From contig OZ199839.1 of the NCBI GenBank assembly GCA_964304625.1, positions 5,264,898-5,328,897 on the forward strand: a DNA stretch of 64,000 nucleotides. Direction: 5' to 3'. The stretch is from Kudoa neothunni. Lineage: Eukaryota; Animalia; Cnidaria. The translations under genes were made by a program, and so were the position numbers. Positions 26,246 through 37,105 of this stretch are shown here, piece after piece. Within the stretch, counting starts at the first letter, position 1. Each line of letters opens with the position of its first letter. The notes beneath the pieces are model-generated. The model did not search any database and was not told where the DNA came from. It worked only from the letters and a program-made list of their open reading frames with translations.

Positions 26246-27186
26246 TCACAAACGAGACATGGAGAATAATTATTAAATACATATTCCTTTTTGAGTTTAA
26301 TAGCCCTGAATAATATTATTTCTTAGAAATTCTCAAGTATGTCACAGACCCTATTATGCAAAAATTGTCCCTATCCAATTTTTGTTACTTAATCTATTCC
26401 CTTCCATTTGAAGTTTACCCACATATGAGAGCATCTGGAATAACACATTTCTTTAAATTAACTGACCAATAATATTCTTCTGTGATAATTTATCATACAT
26501 CTAAATATTAAGGAAAATACAAAATTCATCGTACATTCGACTTTAAATATTTCTTAGTGTAAAATTTAAAAAAGCGTTCAAATAAATTTTGGAAAATGTT
26601 GTTTCTATAGTTAGTCTGTGACATTATTGCTCTTTAATTAGTTAAAAAATGAGTTTATTAAAGTTTAAATACCAGATAGTGCTCTAAATTGAACAGCAAC
26701 CGAAGTGTGCTTGTGATAACTCATGTGGAATTAGTGGAGTAAAAAAAAATAAATCCTTAACATATCGATAAAAATATTGCATATTGTAAGAAATATCAAT
26801 TAAAAGCAAAATGTTTAAAAATTTCACTGTTAAAAACTAGCAGATTTCCGACAACTAATCAACGGATTAGTTGTGCAAAACACGAGTCCACGGTAACTTT
26901 CGTCGTCGCCCAATATTTTGAATTCTAATTCAATTAATTCACTTAAAACGACATTTTCTAACCAATATCATATCAAATTTAAGAAAAAAAAATATTTGCA
27001 TGTTTCACGATACTCATGGAGCGATTAAGATAATAAGCCATCGTACTCCGATATTACTCCCCGGTTTGCGTTCGGCGCTGCTTACCTCTAATTTTAGCGT
27101 TACCTTTGTGTCTGCTATTGTGTTGACTCATCTGTTCAGGTGGGAGTTTTACGCTATTAATAAGTTCTACAATTGGGACCCGCTTT

Positions 27187-29442
27187 ATGGATTCTAATGA
27201 CACAAACGACGAGATTCCATCTACAGGTACGTTTATTTGTTAGTGGGATTTGTGTGGAAGTATCAAAGTGCATAAAGCCTAAATTCGCATTCTCTATTAA
27301 GGCGGAAACCCACAATATCCCAACAGTTGGTTTGAAGCTTTGAGCACATACCAACGTCCTTTGTTGCTCGCCAAAAATCGGTCACTTGGCAAGAGTTCAA
27401 ATGACGATTCTGGAAAAGGGGGCACGGTATCTCTGCGCGAGGGTCCTATGCCTAGCATGATAGATGGTACAAGTATTCGACCTATGATTGAAATAGATAG
27501 CAATCATCATTCTCATCGAAGAAAATCTAACTCGGATTCTAGCACGTAATTTCATTCTCAGCCTACGATAGGCAAACATTGTGTGTATTATGATGTTACT
27601 TACCTACACTTATGATTGTAGTAGAGTTTCACAAAAACGTACAATTATAGATTTGTCGAATGATGACAACACAGAGAATGTGAATGAAGGTGCACAATAC
27701 GCAGCATCAAACATCAACGTGAAATCAGGTGTCACCTATTACAGTGTGTCGATGTCTAAAAAAAACGATGGACAAAAATGTAAGATGTGGTTTTCGTTAC
27801 TGACTGATTTTCTGACTTTTTAGCCAGCTTTACGCCGTTCAAAGTGGAACCATTCGAAATGACCCCAACATATGCATCAATATCACCAAGTTCTTCGCAC
27901 AATAAGCTTGTGATCACTGTGTCTGATTCGAGAAGCGTGCCAAAAAAGTCCAAAAAGAAACCCAAAAGAGACCCTTCGCCAGAAAATCCGGACGATTACG
28001 AACCCATCACTATCGATGCAGACTCTCCTTCTGATCCTGATATTAGTGTGATGATGAAGCGCGCTATTGAACGTTCCAAATACGATATGGGTATTTTTGA
28101 AACGTCAAGAAACCTCACTAAATGATTTGGTAAAAAATGTTGTATTTCCATATGCTGTAATGATGATGGTGATCCAAATAGGATAAACATGATCCAAGTA
28201 ACAATAAAAAGAAAAAATCAAAGAAAAACAACAAATCTCTTATGCCCAAGAGAGTACAACAACTTCTAGTGTCAGACAGTGACGACACCGACTGTGAAGA
28301 AAGACAACGTGAAGTTGCTGAATACGCAAGATTGGCGGCGCTAGCTCGATCAATTCATAATGAGGGTAATCGTGAAAATCCTTTGTTGATTTCAGAACCA
28401 ATCGTGGTCGACGCCGAATCCCCTCCAAAATCCAAAGAAAGTATTTACACAACTACTTTCTTCCAGTGTGATAATTATAATAATAAATTAATAATTGTAA
28501 TCAAATAACAGTTGGATGTATATTTGCTTATAGAGTCGAAATCTAAAAAGCGTAAACGTGCCGAGAAATTATTACTACAGCAGGAGCAAGAACTGCAAGA
28601 ACAGCATCAACAACAAGAACAAACACAATCACCTAGTACTTCAACGCATGTGATAACCGAACAAGAATTTGTTGATCCACCGCACGTAAAAAATAAAAAA
28701 ATACCCAAGTTGGTCGAGGATCCACCTGTCGAATCTATCGTAATTCTTCAGTGCGCTTTTATTGATGGCCTGAAAGGTCGTTGCACAAAACATTGTGCTG
28801 GGGTGTATTGTCCTAAGCATGAAACGGTTGTTCGTAACACCGAATCCGAATTTGATACGTTGTGTGGAAATTGGTCTAATGTGAATCCAAATTATTCAAA
28901 CGACCAATCCTCCATTCTTAAGGATGACGATAGCTCGAAAAAGAAGAAATCTAAAACAAAATCATACAATACGACAACAACCAGTGGTATGGTTACTTGT
29001 TAATTGTTTCTGATTTATTTTGGCGCTAATTTTTGCTTTTCTTGTAGATACAAACATTCTTTTAGATTATCAGAATAAAATCAACAACCTTGATAACAAA
29101 ATAAATTCATTCATTGAAATGTCGAAACATTTCAAGGAACGATCGCGAAATTTAAAAAAACTTTATCGTCTAATTAATAACCAGATAAAAGTTGCCACTG
29201 AAGTGAAACAACAACTCACCGATAATATGTTATCTATGATCGATTCATGGTCATCGGCTGAACATCTCGCCAATGATGATAGCCATTCGATGTCTCTGGG
29301 TTCGAAATCGGTGAATGGAGAAGACAACACTGTCAAAAAGATGCTCTCCTTATTTGAAGGTGCCTCATCAGATGAAAATAGTGTTGAAGATCAAACTGCC
29401 AGTAGCATCAGTTCCAAATCTAGATCCAAAACTAAAAAATAA
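27187..29442 (+). CDS. Uncharacterised, largely disordered nuclear-type protein with SIM-like and UIM-like motifs, a Cys/His finger and a coiled coil (~7 exons)
   Basis: ATG at 27187. Frame-consistent GT-AG introns link ORFs 27340, 27581 and 27844, and ORFs 28242, 28512 and 29020. Lys-rich NLS-like tracts; GC content higher than the flanks. The junction at ~28090-28181 is unresolved. Confidence 0.7.
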
Positions 29443-29728
29443 ATTAGCACACTCATGTTATCTTCACGGGGTGTATTGTTTATTTTAGCAGATGTAATTT
29501 GAGTGTTTTTTTTCGCATTCCTAACACTTGCAGCAGCTGTGGATTATCGTTTTTCCTCCATATTAAGCTCTGCTCCGTTTAGCGTTATTCTGGTGATATT
29601 TTAAAATAAAAGAGGGTCTTTGAAAAAGCGTGGGGATGATGTTTAAATTTCTGAGCGTTCCCTAATTTTTCCATCTTACACAGCTCTTATAGCAGTGTTT
29701 CCTAACCTTGTTTCGTCTTGACCTATAT

Positions 29729-30298
29729 CAGAGGTTCTCAACCGTTTTATCAAATTTACCCTTTTAATTTGGAAGTAAAATTCATATTTATTTTAAGGTT
29801 TTATACTGGCTTAGTTACAGCAGAGACTATTTGAGGGGTTAATTCTGATCTTAAATGGCACGTACGCATGCATAATGACAATTTTTAATCTCATCATCTC
29901 TTGCTCACAAGCTTTACACAGATTTAATTTTTTAAATTTTGCCGAATTAAATTATTTCTTTCCCATTACTTCGCTCTTATGTGATAAAATAATTAAAACT
30001 AATAATATTTGTATATTATTTTTCATGAAAATAGTCATATTAAGTATTATTATTAGGTTACATCATTAAAAGATAAATGTGGCATAAAAGAAAGAGACTG
30101 ATAATAATTATATAAATAGTTTTGAAATAATTATTCCTAAAAACATTTTACGAATTCTTGCCTAATTCTTATTGAGTCTAATAGCCATGAATAATATAAT
30201 TCCTTAGAAATTCTGAAGTACGTCACAAACCCATAATGCAAAAATTGCCCCTATCCAATTTGGACGTCACTTATTTTATCTCCGGTTGAGAACCCCTG
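29729..30298. mobile_element. hAT/Charlie-like MITE
   Basis: TIRs CAGAGGTTCTCAACCG / CGGTTGAGAACCCCTG (15/16). The internal segment 30171-30260 is also present at 26291-26380. Confidence 0.65.
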
Positions 30299-31020
30299 AC
30301 TTTATCGTATTCTTATTAAAAAAATGTTGTCTAAATAAATTTCAATATTTATTTAGAATAATTGTCTAAAAATTTACAATTTTTATTTTAAAATAATATT
30401 TTTATTCAATATATGTAATAAAATATTCTTGACGAAAAGATGAAAACTTTTTATTAATTCTTTATAGCTTTTGCATTTCTATAAATAAAAGTGACTCACC
30501 TCTATTATTGTTATTATTATTAGGCGCTTTGAAATATTAATCTCAGCTCCTTAAGTATGACGTGGCCATTGGTACGGTCAATAATATTAAGGTGTTATTA
30601 ATTTCGACTATATTTATTTTTGATCCTTAAGAGTGAGGTGGTAGTTCAGAAATAATTAAATACAACAGATTATATAAAATTCAAACTGTATAAAGCTTTT
30701 TAAATATTAAATCTACGCACAGCTTCTAAAAATTACATCTGCATGTAATTTCTAAAAAGTTTAATATGCATATGACTTCTGAGTAAGAGTAGTTGGGGTT
30801 AAAAATTAGTCGTGCGTGTTGCAGTTAGAATTAAATTTTACCACACCAGTAGCCTCTGCTTTCTGAATATTAATTTAATTGGTGTAAAAAACTTAATTTA
30901 ACTCAAATCTCTACATTATCTACTATTATCACGTGAGTAAGAAATTACAAGTTAAAAAACTTAATTGAAATATTGAAATCATTTAAAAGTTTTACTCTTT
31001 AATTAAAATCTATAACAATC

Positions 31021-31137
31021 TGTAACGGATGACACGCGTCAACCGGATTTAGATTAGTGATATCTAGGTAGATTACTTTTCGAGTATATTTTATCATGGC
31101 TTCTCCTATCGACAGCGCAACTAACTCCACCGTTACA
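31021..31137 (+). repeat. 5' LTR (117 bp)
   Basis: Direct repeat of 34815-34931 with 8-bp terminal inverted repeats; contains the gag ATG at 31096. Confidence 0.97.
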
Positions 31138-34100
31138 TCTGGTGACAGGGGTGTTGACTCTGTTAAGCCACCGCCACTCAAGAAATTTACCGGCGCCGCC
31201 GATAACTTCGCCAAGTTCCACCGCTCTTTTATGCTCCTTGCACTAGCTAGCAACTGGAATGACCTGGACAAAGCTAGGAATTTTCCCTTGTACCTCGGAG
31301 ATACCATCCTCGATTTGATCGAGACCAACGGTATAAATATGTACCGACCAACGAGGGATACATTCAACCTTATGGTGGAGCTGTTAAATAATACATATCG
31401 CCCTATCACTTCTTCCGCATTGTCCCTTCAATCGTTCTACAGTTCGACGTGGGACAATGTCACCCCCTTTGCTGAATTCTGCTTCGGAGTGAACAATTTG
31501 CTTCGCAAGGCCCTACCCTCTATCGACGAAGACACCGCTAGAACTCTAGTTATGGACCAATGCACGAAGTCGTTGCCTGAGTACATCAAACGTATTATCG
31601 TTGCTTCGAAACCCCAAGCACTTCCTGAGCTGATCCAATCGGTTGAGGAACAGCTAAATATTCCAAATCACACTGCAGCAGCCTCGTACGGCGAGAGGAA
31701 ATCCAAATACAAGAAACGATCTTGCAAAAAATGTGGCTCAAATAATCACTCAACCAAAGAGTGCAAAGGTTTTGCAATATGTAAAACCTGCCACAAGAGG
31801 GGACACCTCTCATATATATGCAATAGCAAACATACAAATAACATTAACTGTATCAATTTTAATGAATCTGTTTCGGATGAGGCCAATTATTCGTGTTTTG
31901 TTTCTTCAGCGCAGTTTGACTTGTCTAAAAATTTTACAATACCAATTGAAATCGGAACTAGAGTTGCAACTGCTCTGATTGACACTGGATCTTCCATATC
32001 AATTATAAGACACGGCTACGATGTGGAAATGCACCCTGACAAAATTAGTCTTACATCCGCAGGCGGGAAGCAAATGGAAACCATTGGTACTAGCATCGTC
32101 GAATTCTCTCTAAATGGAAAGGTCTTCAAATGGAGAATGGTTGTATGTCATAATCTGGTAACAGATTGCATCCTTGGTCGCGATTTTTTGTCTGCACATG
32201 CTGCCCTCATCACCTGCCAGAATGGTTCCATAACACTCCCTGCAGTACGTGGGAATACATGTTCAATCGCCCCGAAACAGGATCACGCAAAAGTTCCTCC
32301 ATACTGTTTCAAATTCGCCGATAACCCCTTTCACATCTCCACCAGGAAAATCCCTTTCGCCCTCTCCCCAATTTTTAAGGAGCAGATAGATAATATGCTC
32401 AACGATGGTGTAATACGTAAAAGTAACAGTCCGTATTCATCCCCAGTGCTCCTCGTCAAGAAGCGCAACAATGAATATAGATTCTGTGTAGACTATCGGA
32501 AACTCAACTCTCAGATAGTTTCGGAACAATTCCCCATACCATTACTCCATGACATTATCTCCACCCTCTCTTCTGCCACCTACTTTTCAAAAATCGACCT
32601 CAAATCCGGATTCTGGCAGATACCACTCCACGAGAATTGTAAATATGCGACCGCTTTCTCCACTCCCTTTGGCCACTACGAATTTAATGTGTTGCCATTT
32701 GGTTTGGTAACAGCCCCATCTGCATTCCAAAGAGCCATGACCGAAACTTTGAATGACTACATTGGGAAATTCTGTCACGTTTACCTTGACGATATCCTAA
32801 TCTATTCCTCCTCTTCTAACGAGCACGATGAACATCTCAAATTAATCATGAAGCGTCTCACAGAATTCAACTGGAAACCCAACACAAAAAAATGCATTTA
32901 TAAGGTAACGTCAATCAAATATCTCGGCTTCGTAATCTCAAAAGATGGAATCACACCTGATCCTGATAGAATCAAATCAGTAGCTGACATACCCATTCCC
33001 AATACACCCAAACGCCTCCAATCATTCATTGGCTTCGCAAACTATTACCGCGACCTAATTCCAAACTTTGCTAGCATAGCACAGCCCCTCTACAATGCCA
33101 TTTCTACAAAACCCTTTGAATTATCCACCGAAGCTATTAATCGAATAAGTAACATCAAACATTTGTTAACATCCTCGCCACTACTCAGTCTTCCTAACCT
33201 GAATAAAAATTTCACAATTTCCACCGACGCTTCAGACACAGCCATCGCATCAGTACTCTATCAGGAAGTGAATGGCAAGAAACATGTCATACGTTATGCC
33301 AGCCGTATCCTCAATAAATCCGAAATTAATTATTCCACCTTCGAAAAAGAAGCACTAGCGCTAGTACATGCACTCAAAACATTTCACCAATATGTCTACG
33401 GCAAAAGAACCAAAGTATGGACGGATCACAACCCCCTAACTCACCTGAAAACCATCAAAGACTCTCACGGTAGAATATCCCGTTGGCTGCTATTTCTCCA
33501 GAACTACGACCTAGAAATAGTCTACAAACGTGGCCCTGATAATGTAGACGCCGACTTTTTATCGAGAACACCGTGCGAATCAAATGCTATATCAGTCCAT
33601 TTCCTATCCCTACCAGTAGACAAGTGGATATCGGCCCAAAAAGAGGACATAACTATATCGAGCATCGCAAAATCCATTGAACAAAATAAATACAAAGGTA
33701 AGAGAGTTTACCGATTCAAAGATGGCCTCTTGGTGAGGACTCTGAAAGCCGAAAATAGAGAAATCAATCAACTTTTCATCCCACTTCAAATGCGCGCTAA
33801 AATCTTGGACAGATTTCATGATCAATCTGGCCATCCCGGGTTCTTCAAAACATTTTCGATGCTACGAGACAACGCATTTTGGCCCGGCTACGAAATCGAA
33901 ACCCGAAATTATGTGCGTTCTTGTAAAACTTGCCAATTGAATCCATGGTCTTCCGAAAAATCCAACTTAATCCCACTAAAAGCTACCTTCCCTTTTCAAT
34001 TAATGGAATGGGATATCATTGGACCTTTCAATCGCACCGATAATCTTAATAGATATATACTCTGCTGTGTGGATCTTTTCACCAAATTCGCCATAGCCAT

Positions 34101-34851
34101 TCCACTAGCTGATTTAAGAGCAGAGACAATTTGTGACAAACTCATCCAGGAAATATTATGCAAATTCGGTAAGCCTAGACGTATACACAGCGACAATGGT
34201 AGGAACTTCGTTTCAAATATTATCGTACAAATCTGCCGTGATCTCAACATCGAGCTATCCCATACTACACCATACCATCCTCAGGGCAATGGCGCCGTGG
34301 AGCGTTTCAACCGAACTCTTAAGCATATGCTACTGAAGCTCGACGAACCCAATTTATGGGACATCCATCTCCAAATGTTAGTGAACCATTATAATAATCA
34401 TACCAATGAATCAACTGGTTTTTCTCCCTTTCAACTTATCTACGGTAAAAAACCCAACTTTGCTCTCACACCCATTCTGCCCAATGATAACATGAACAAT
34501 TCTCCTACCACTCTGTCATACCTAAAAAATCTCAAACGTGAACTTTCACGCACACATGCAATTGCACTCAAAAGCCTAACCAATTCATCATCCAAAAACT
34601 CAAGAAACTACAACAATGCAAGTCCTCCTAAACCCATCCAAGTCCAATCTAGTGTTGTTTACAAAAACCCAGCTACCAATAAGTGGTCAGGACCTTACGT
34701 AGTCCTTAAAAGACATGGACCCTCCACTTATACAATTAGTATTGACAATCTCCCAACTACTGTCCACAGAAACAACATCAAATCATATATGTCCCGATCT
34801 TCCCAAGGGGGGAATGTAACGGATGACACGCGTCAACCGGATTTAGATTAG
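31096..34851 (+). CDS. Gag-Pol polyprotein, 1251 aa
   Basis: Two CCHC knuckles (CKKCGSNNHSTKEC, CKTCHKRGHLSYIC), protease LIDTGS..ILGRDFL, RT YLDD, RNase H TDASD/EKEALA/TDH/DFLSR, integrase HHCC plus WDIIGP/SDNG/VERFN, and a GPY motif. No chromodomain or env. Confidence 0.97.
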   Translation: MASPIDSATNSTVTSGDRGVDSVKPPPLKKFTGAADNFAKFHRSFMLLALASNWNDLDKARNFPLYLGDTILDLIETNGINMYRPTRDTFNLMVELLNNTYRPITSSALSLQSFYSSTWDNVTPFAEFCFGVNNLLRKALPSIDEDTARTLVMDQCTKSLPEYIKRIIVASKPQALPELIQSVEEQLNIPNHTAAASYGERKSKYKKRSCKKCGSNNHSTKECKGFAICKTCHKRGHLSYICNSKHTNNINCINFNESVSDEANYSCFVSSAQFDLSKNFTIPIEIGTRVATALIDTGSSISIIRHGYDVEMHPDKISLTSAGGKQMETIGTSIVEFSLNGKVFKWRMVVCHNLVTDCILGRDFLSAHAALITCQNGSITLPAVRGNTCSIAPKQDHAKVPPYCFKFADNPFHISTRKIPFALSPIFKEQIDNMLNDGVIRKSNSPYSSPVLLVKKRNNEYRFCVDYRKLNSQIVSEQFPIPLLHDIISTLSSATYFSKIDLKSGFWQIPLHENCKYATAFSTPFGHYEFNVLPFGLVTAPSAFQRAMTETLNDYIGKFCHVYLDDILIYSSSSNEHDEHLKLIMKRLTEFNWKPNTKKCIYKVTSIKYLGFVISKDGITPDPDRIKSVADIPIPNTPKRLQSFIGFANYYRDLIPNFASIAQPLYNAISTKPFELSTEAINRISNIKHLLTSSPLLSLPNLNKNFTISTDASDTAIASVLYQEVNGKKHVIRYASRILNKSEINYSTFEKEALALVHALKTFHQYVYGKRTKVWTDHNPLTHLKTIKDSHGRISRWLLFLQNYDLEIVYKRGPDNVDADFLSRTPCESNAISVHFLSLPVDKWISAQKEDITISSIAKSIEQNKYKGKRVYRFKDGLLVRTLKAENREINQLFIPLQMRAKILDRFHDQSGHPGFFKTFSMLRDNAFWPGYEIETRNYVRSCKTCQLNPWSSEKSNLIPLKATFPFQLMEWDIIGPFNRTDNLNRYILCCVDLFTKFAIAIPLADLRAETICDKLIQEILCKFGKPRRIHSDNGRNFVSNIIVQICRDLNIELSHTTPYHPQGNGAVERFNRTLKHMLLKLDEPNLWDIHLQMLVNHYNNHTNESTGFSPFQLIYGKKPNFALTPILPNDNMNNSPTTLSYLKNLKRELSRTHAIALKSLTNSSSKNSRNYNNASPPKPIQVQSSVVYKNPATNKWSGPYVVLKRHGPSTYTISIDNLPTTVHRNNIKSYMSRSSQGGNVTDDTRQPDLD
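31140..31153 (+). promoter_or_regulatory. Primer-binding site, probably tRNA-Leu
   Basis: TGGTGACAGGGGTG lies 2 nt after the 5' LTR. Its complement CACCCCTGTCACCA resembles the eukaryotic tRNA-Leu 3' end CACCGCTGCCACCA. Confidence 0.75.
34805..34814 (+). promoter_or_regulatory. Polypurine tract
   Basis: AAGGGGGGAA directly abuts the 3' LTR. Confidence 0.85.
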
Positions 34852-34931
34852 TGATATCTAGGTAGATTACTTTTCGAGTATATTTTATCATGGCTTCTCC
34901 TATCGACAGCGCAACTAACTCCACCGTTACA
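34815..34931 (+). repeat. 3' LTR (117 bp)
   Basis: Identical by eye to 31021-31137; contains the pol stop codon at 34849-34851. Confidence 0.97.
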
Positions 34932-36448
34932 CAATCAATATGAAATTAAATTTATTTGAAATTAAAAAAAGCTTTCGAAAAAATCGAACTAACATAAGAA
35001 GCAGGCAACGGCTGATGTATCGTAATATAAATAATTGAATATGTGCCATAGATATAATTTGGGATTTTTGTTAGAAATGAATAATTAAATTTTAGGTATT
35101 TTAATTAAGTATTTTATTTACAAAAATGCCATGAAAACAATGCGATGTGGAAATAGTAATAAACTAATAACTGTGGTTATTGTAATTAGGAAATTATCAA
35201 CTACTTTATATTTTTTATTACCGTCTCAATTGAATATTATAACTAAAATACTACTCTTATTTTAATCATTAAATTTTCATTTTACTACGTAATATGATAG
35301 TACATTTTTAGATAGCAAATTCTAAAATAAACCAAATGAAAATATAAGAAATTTGATTATCTGGTATAAAACTTCTCGAAAGACCAAGAAGTAGTTTGAT
35401 TCAATCTTATGTGATTTTAGTAGTTAATTCCATTAGAGGGTCTGATAATGGTCTTCATATCATATGGGAACGTTAGATCGTTGATATTTTTCTTTCCGAA
35501 ATTTTCTGTTTCTTAATATAAAAAAGTTGTTTTAATCAAGATAAAATTCCAACTAAATCAATTGCCTCGAATGCTAATGTTAAACATATATTTACTATCG
35601 GGCGTGTACTACAAGACCCAAGTCCACGTTTTCCTGCATCTTAAAAAATTAGCAATCAATTTTTCGTGGCTCTATCATGAGTCATATGACCCAGGATTGG
35701 GGAGGACTAATAAAGTGTTTCTGTTCATCGAATTTTATTGATTTGTCAAAAAATGCATGATGTTAATTGCACCTAATTTTTGTAAGTTTTATTTTTAAAT
35801 ATTTGTTCATCTATTAATATGTTCAGTGATTTAATAATTCTACGCACATTTTAAATGGAATATTTACATTTTGTGGAACAATTCTATTTTTTTCTATATT
35901 ATTTAACATTTGTGTTATTTTTAAAGAATCAGATAGAGAAATCAAAGTAATATTGACAAAAATAGATCAAAGCTATTTAGAGATAGTTTAGCTAAATATT
36001 ATTTGCTAACATTTAAATGTTTCTCTTACAGGTCGCCATAGATAAAAATGAATAAAATCCGTAGCTTTAGGTTTTAGTAAAATATGCATTATTTGATATT
36101 AGCATAACTTTGACGTTCCAGAAAATTAATTTTATTCAAAGTTTACACAAGGCTTTATATCCAACATTTGAAAAGAGAATTTTATAAAATATTAACGACT
36201 AAAATCGTCCACCCAATGTGCAGGCGTATTTGTTAGTTGTAGCTTGGAGATTTTTTGTTGATCAACAACGTGTGAGACAATTCTCAAATGATTTGTTTTT
36301 GAATAGGTGAGTGAGAGTGCAGAAGATTGCGAAGCAATTTCGGCATCATAATGAAATTGTTTTTAAATCGGCATCATCACTGTCTGGATTTCTCTCGAGG
36401 CTGCTATATTTCGACCAGTTACTACCTAAGATTTATATCACTTTTAGG

Positions 36449-36970
36449 ATGATTTTCAAACTGCTTTTGATGATTAATTTTATTTCGATTTTCACTTCTG
36501 ATATAAGCGGTAATATCACATGTTAGTACTGTGCGATAATTACTTATATCATTTTTATTTATTATTTTACCAATAATGACAATTATAGACATGGAGATGG
36601 ATGTTAAGGTGAATTCTTGTTATTATTGTGCTGAAGAGAGCAAGGAGAAGTGCAAACCTATCAACAAAGTTATTTCCCCTCACACATTTCAACGTTATAT
36701 TAACTGCGATAATTAGAGAAAATGTGAAGCCAATGAAAATCTGTGTTATGTGGGACTGCTTACTAGGGCTAATAACACCATATATGTTGCTGGTTGTGTG
36801 AGCGACCAACATCGAATAGATTCAGAAGAATCATGCGACTTTCTCAATATCAAATATCGAGTAACTTAGCTTAGCATAGCATAGAGAGCTTATTAGATAC
36901 AATTAATTTATAAAATTTATAGATAATATATTGCAACTTTGACAACTGCAACACACTCGATCAACTATAA
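36449..36970 (+). CDS. Small secreted Ly6/uPAR (three-finger)-like protein, ~114 aa, 4 exons
   Basis: Exons 36449-36521, 36589-36668, 36717-36860 and 36923-36970 give MIFKLLLMINFISIFTSDISG...SCYYCAEESKEKCKPINKRKCEANENLCYVG...AGCVSD...SCDF...YCNFDNCNTLDQL*. This has a signal peptide, a CxxC start, GC and a terminal CxxDxCN. Confidence 0.75.
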
Positions 36971-37105
36971 CATAACTTCAATGTGTGGACTGACAACGAA
37001 TATTAGCATCATCATTACACAAAAACTCCAACTCAACAATAACACAATTTAAAAATATGATTATCTTTTATTTTGTTGTTGTTATAATACAAATTGTATT
37101 GATCA

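Larger units (their letters stand above)
31021..34931 (+). mobile_element. Intact Ty3/Gypsy LTR retrotransposon, 3,911 bp
   Basis: Identical 117-bp LTRs (TGTAACGG...CCGTTACA), 5-bp TSD CAATC (31016-31020, 34932-34936), PBS, PPT and an uninterrupted gag-pol ORF in PR-RT-RH-IN order. Confidence 0.98.

Noticed and set aside
30999-34336. Antisense and alternative-frame ORFs within the retrotransposon
   Set aside because: Short and motif-free; expected shadows of a long, less AT-rich ORF.
36567-36812. 81-aa membrane-like ORF on the minus strand
   Set aside because: Antisense shadow of the spliced Ly6-like gene.
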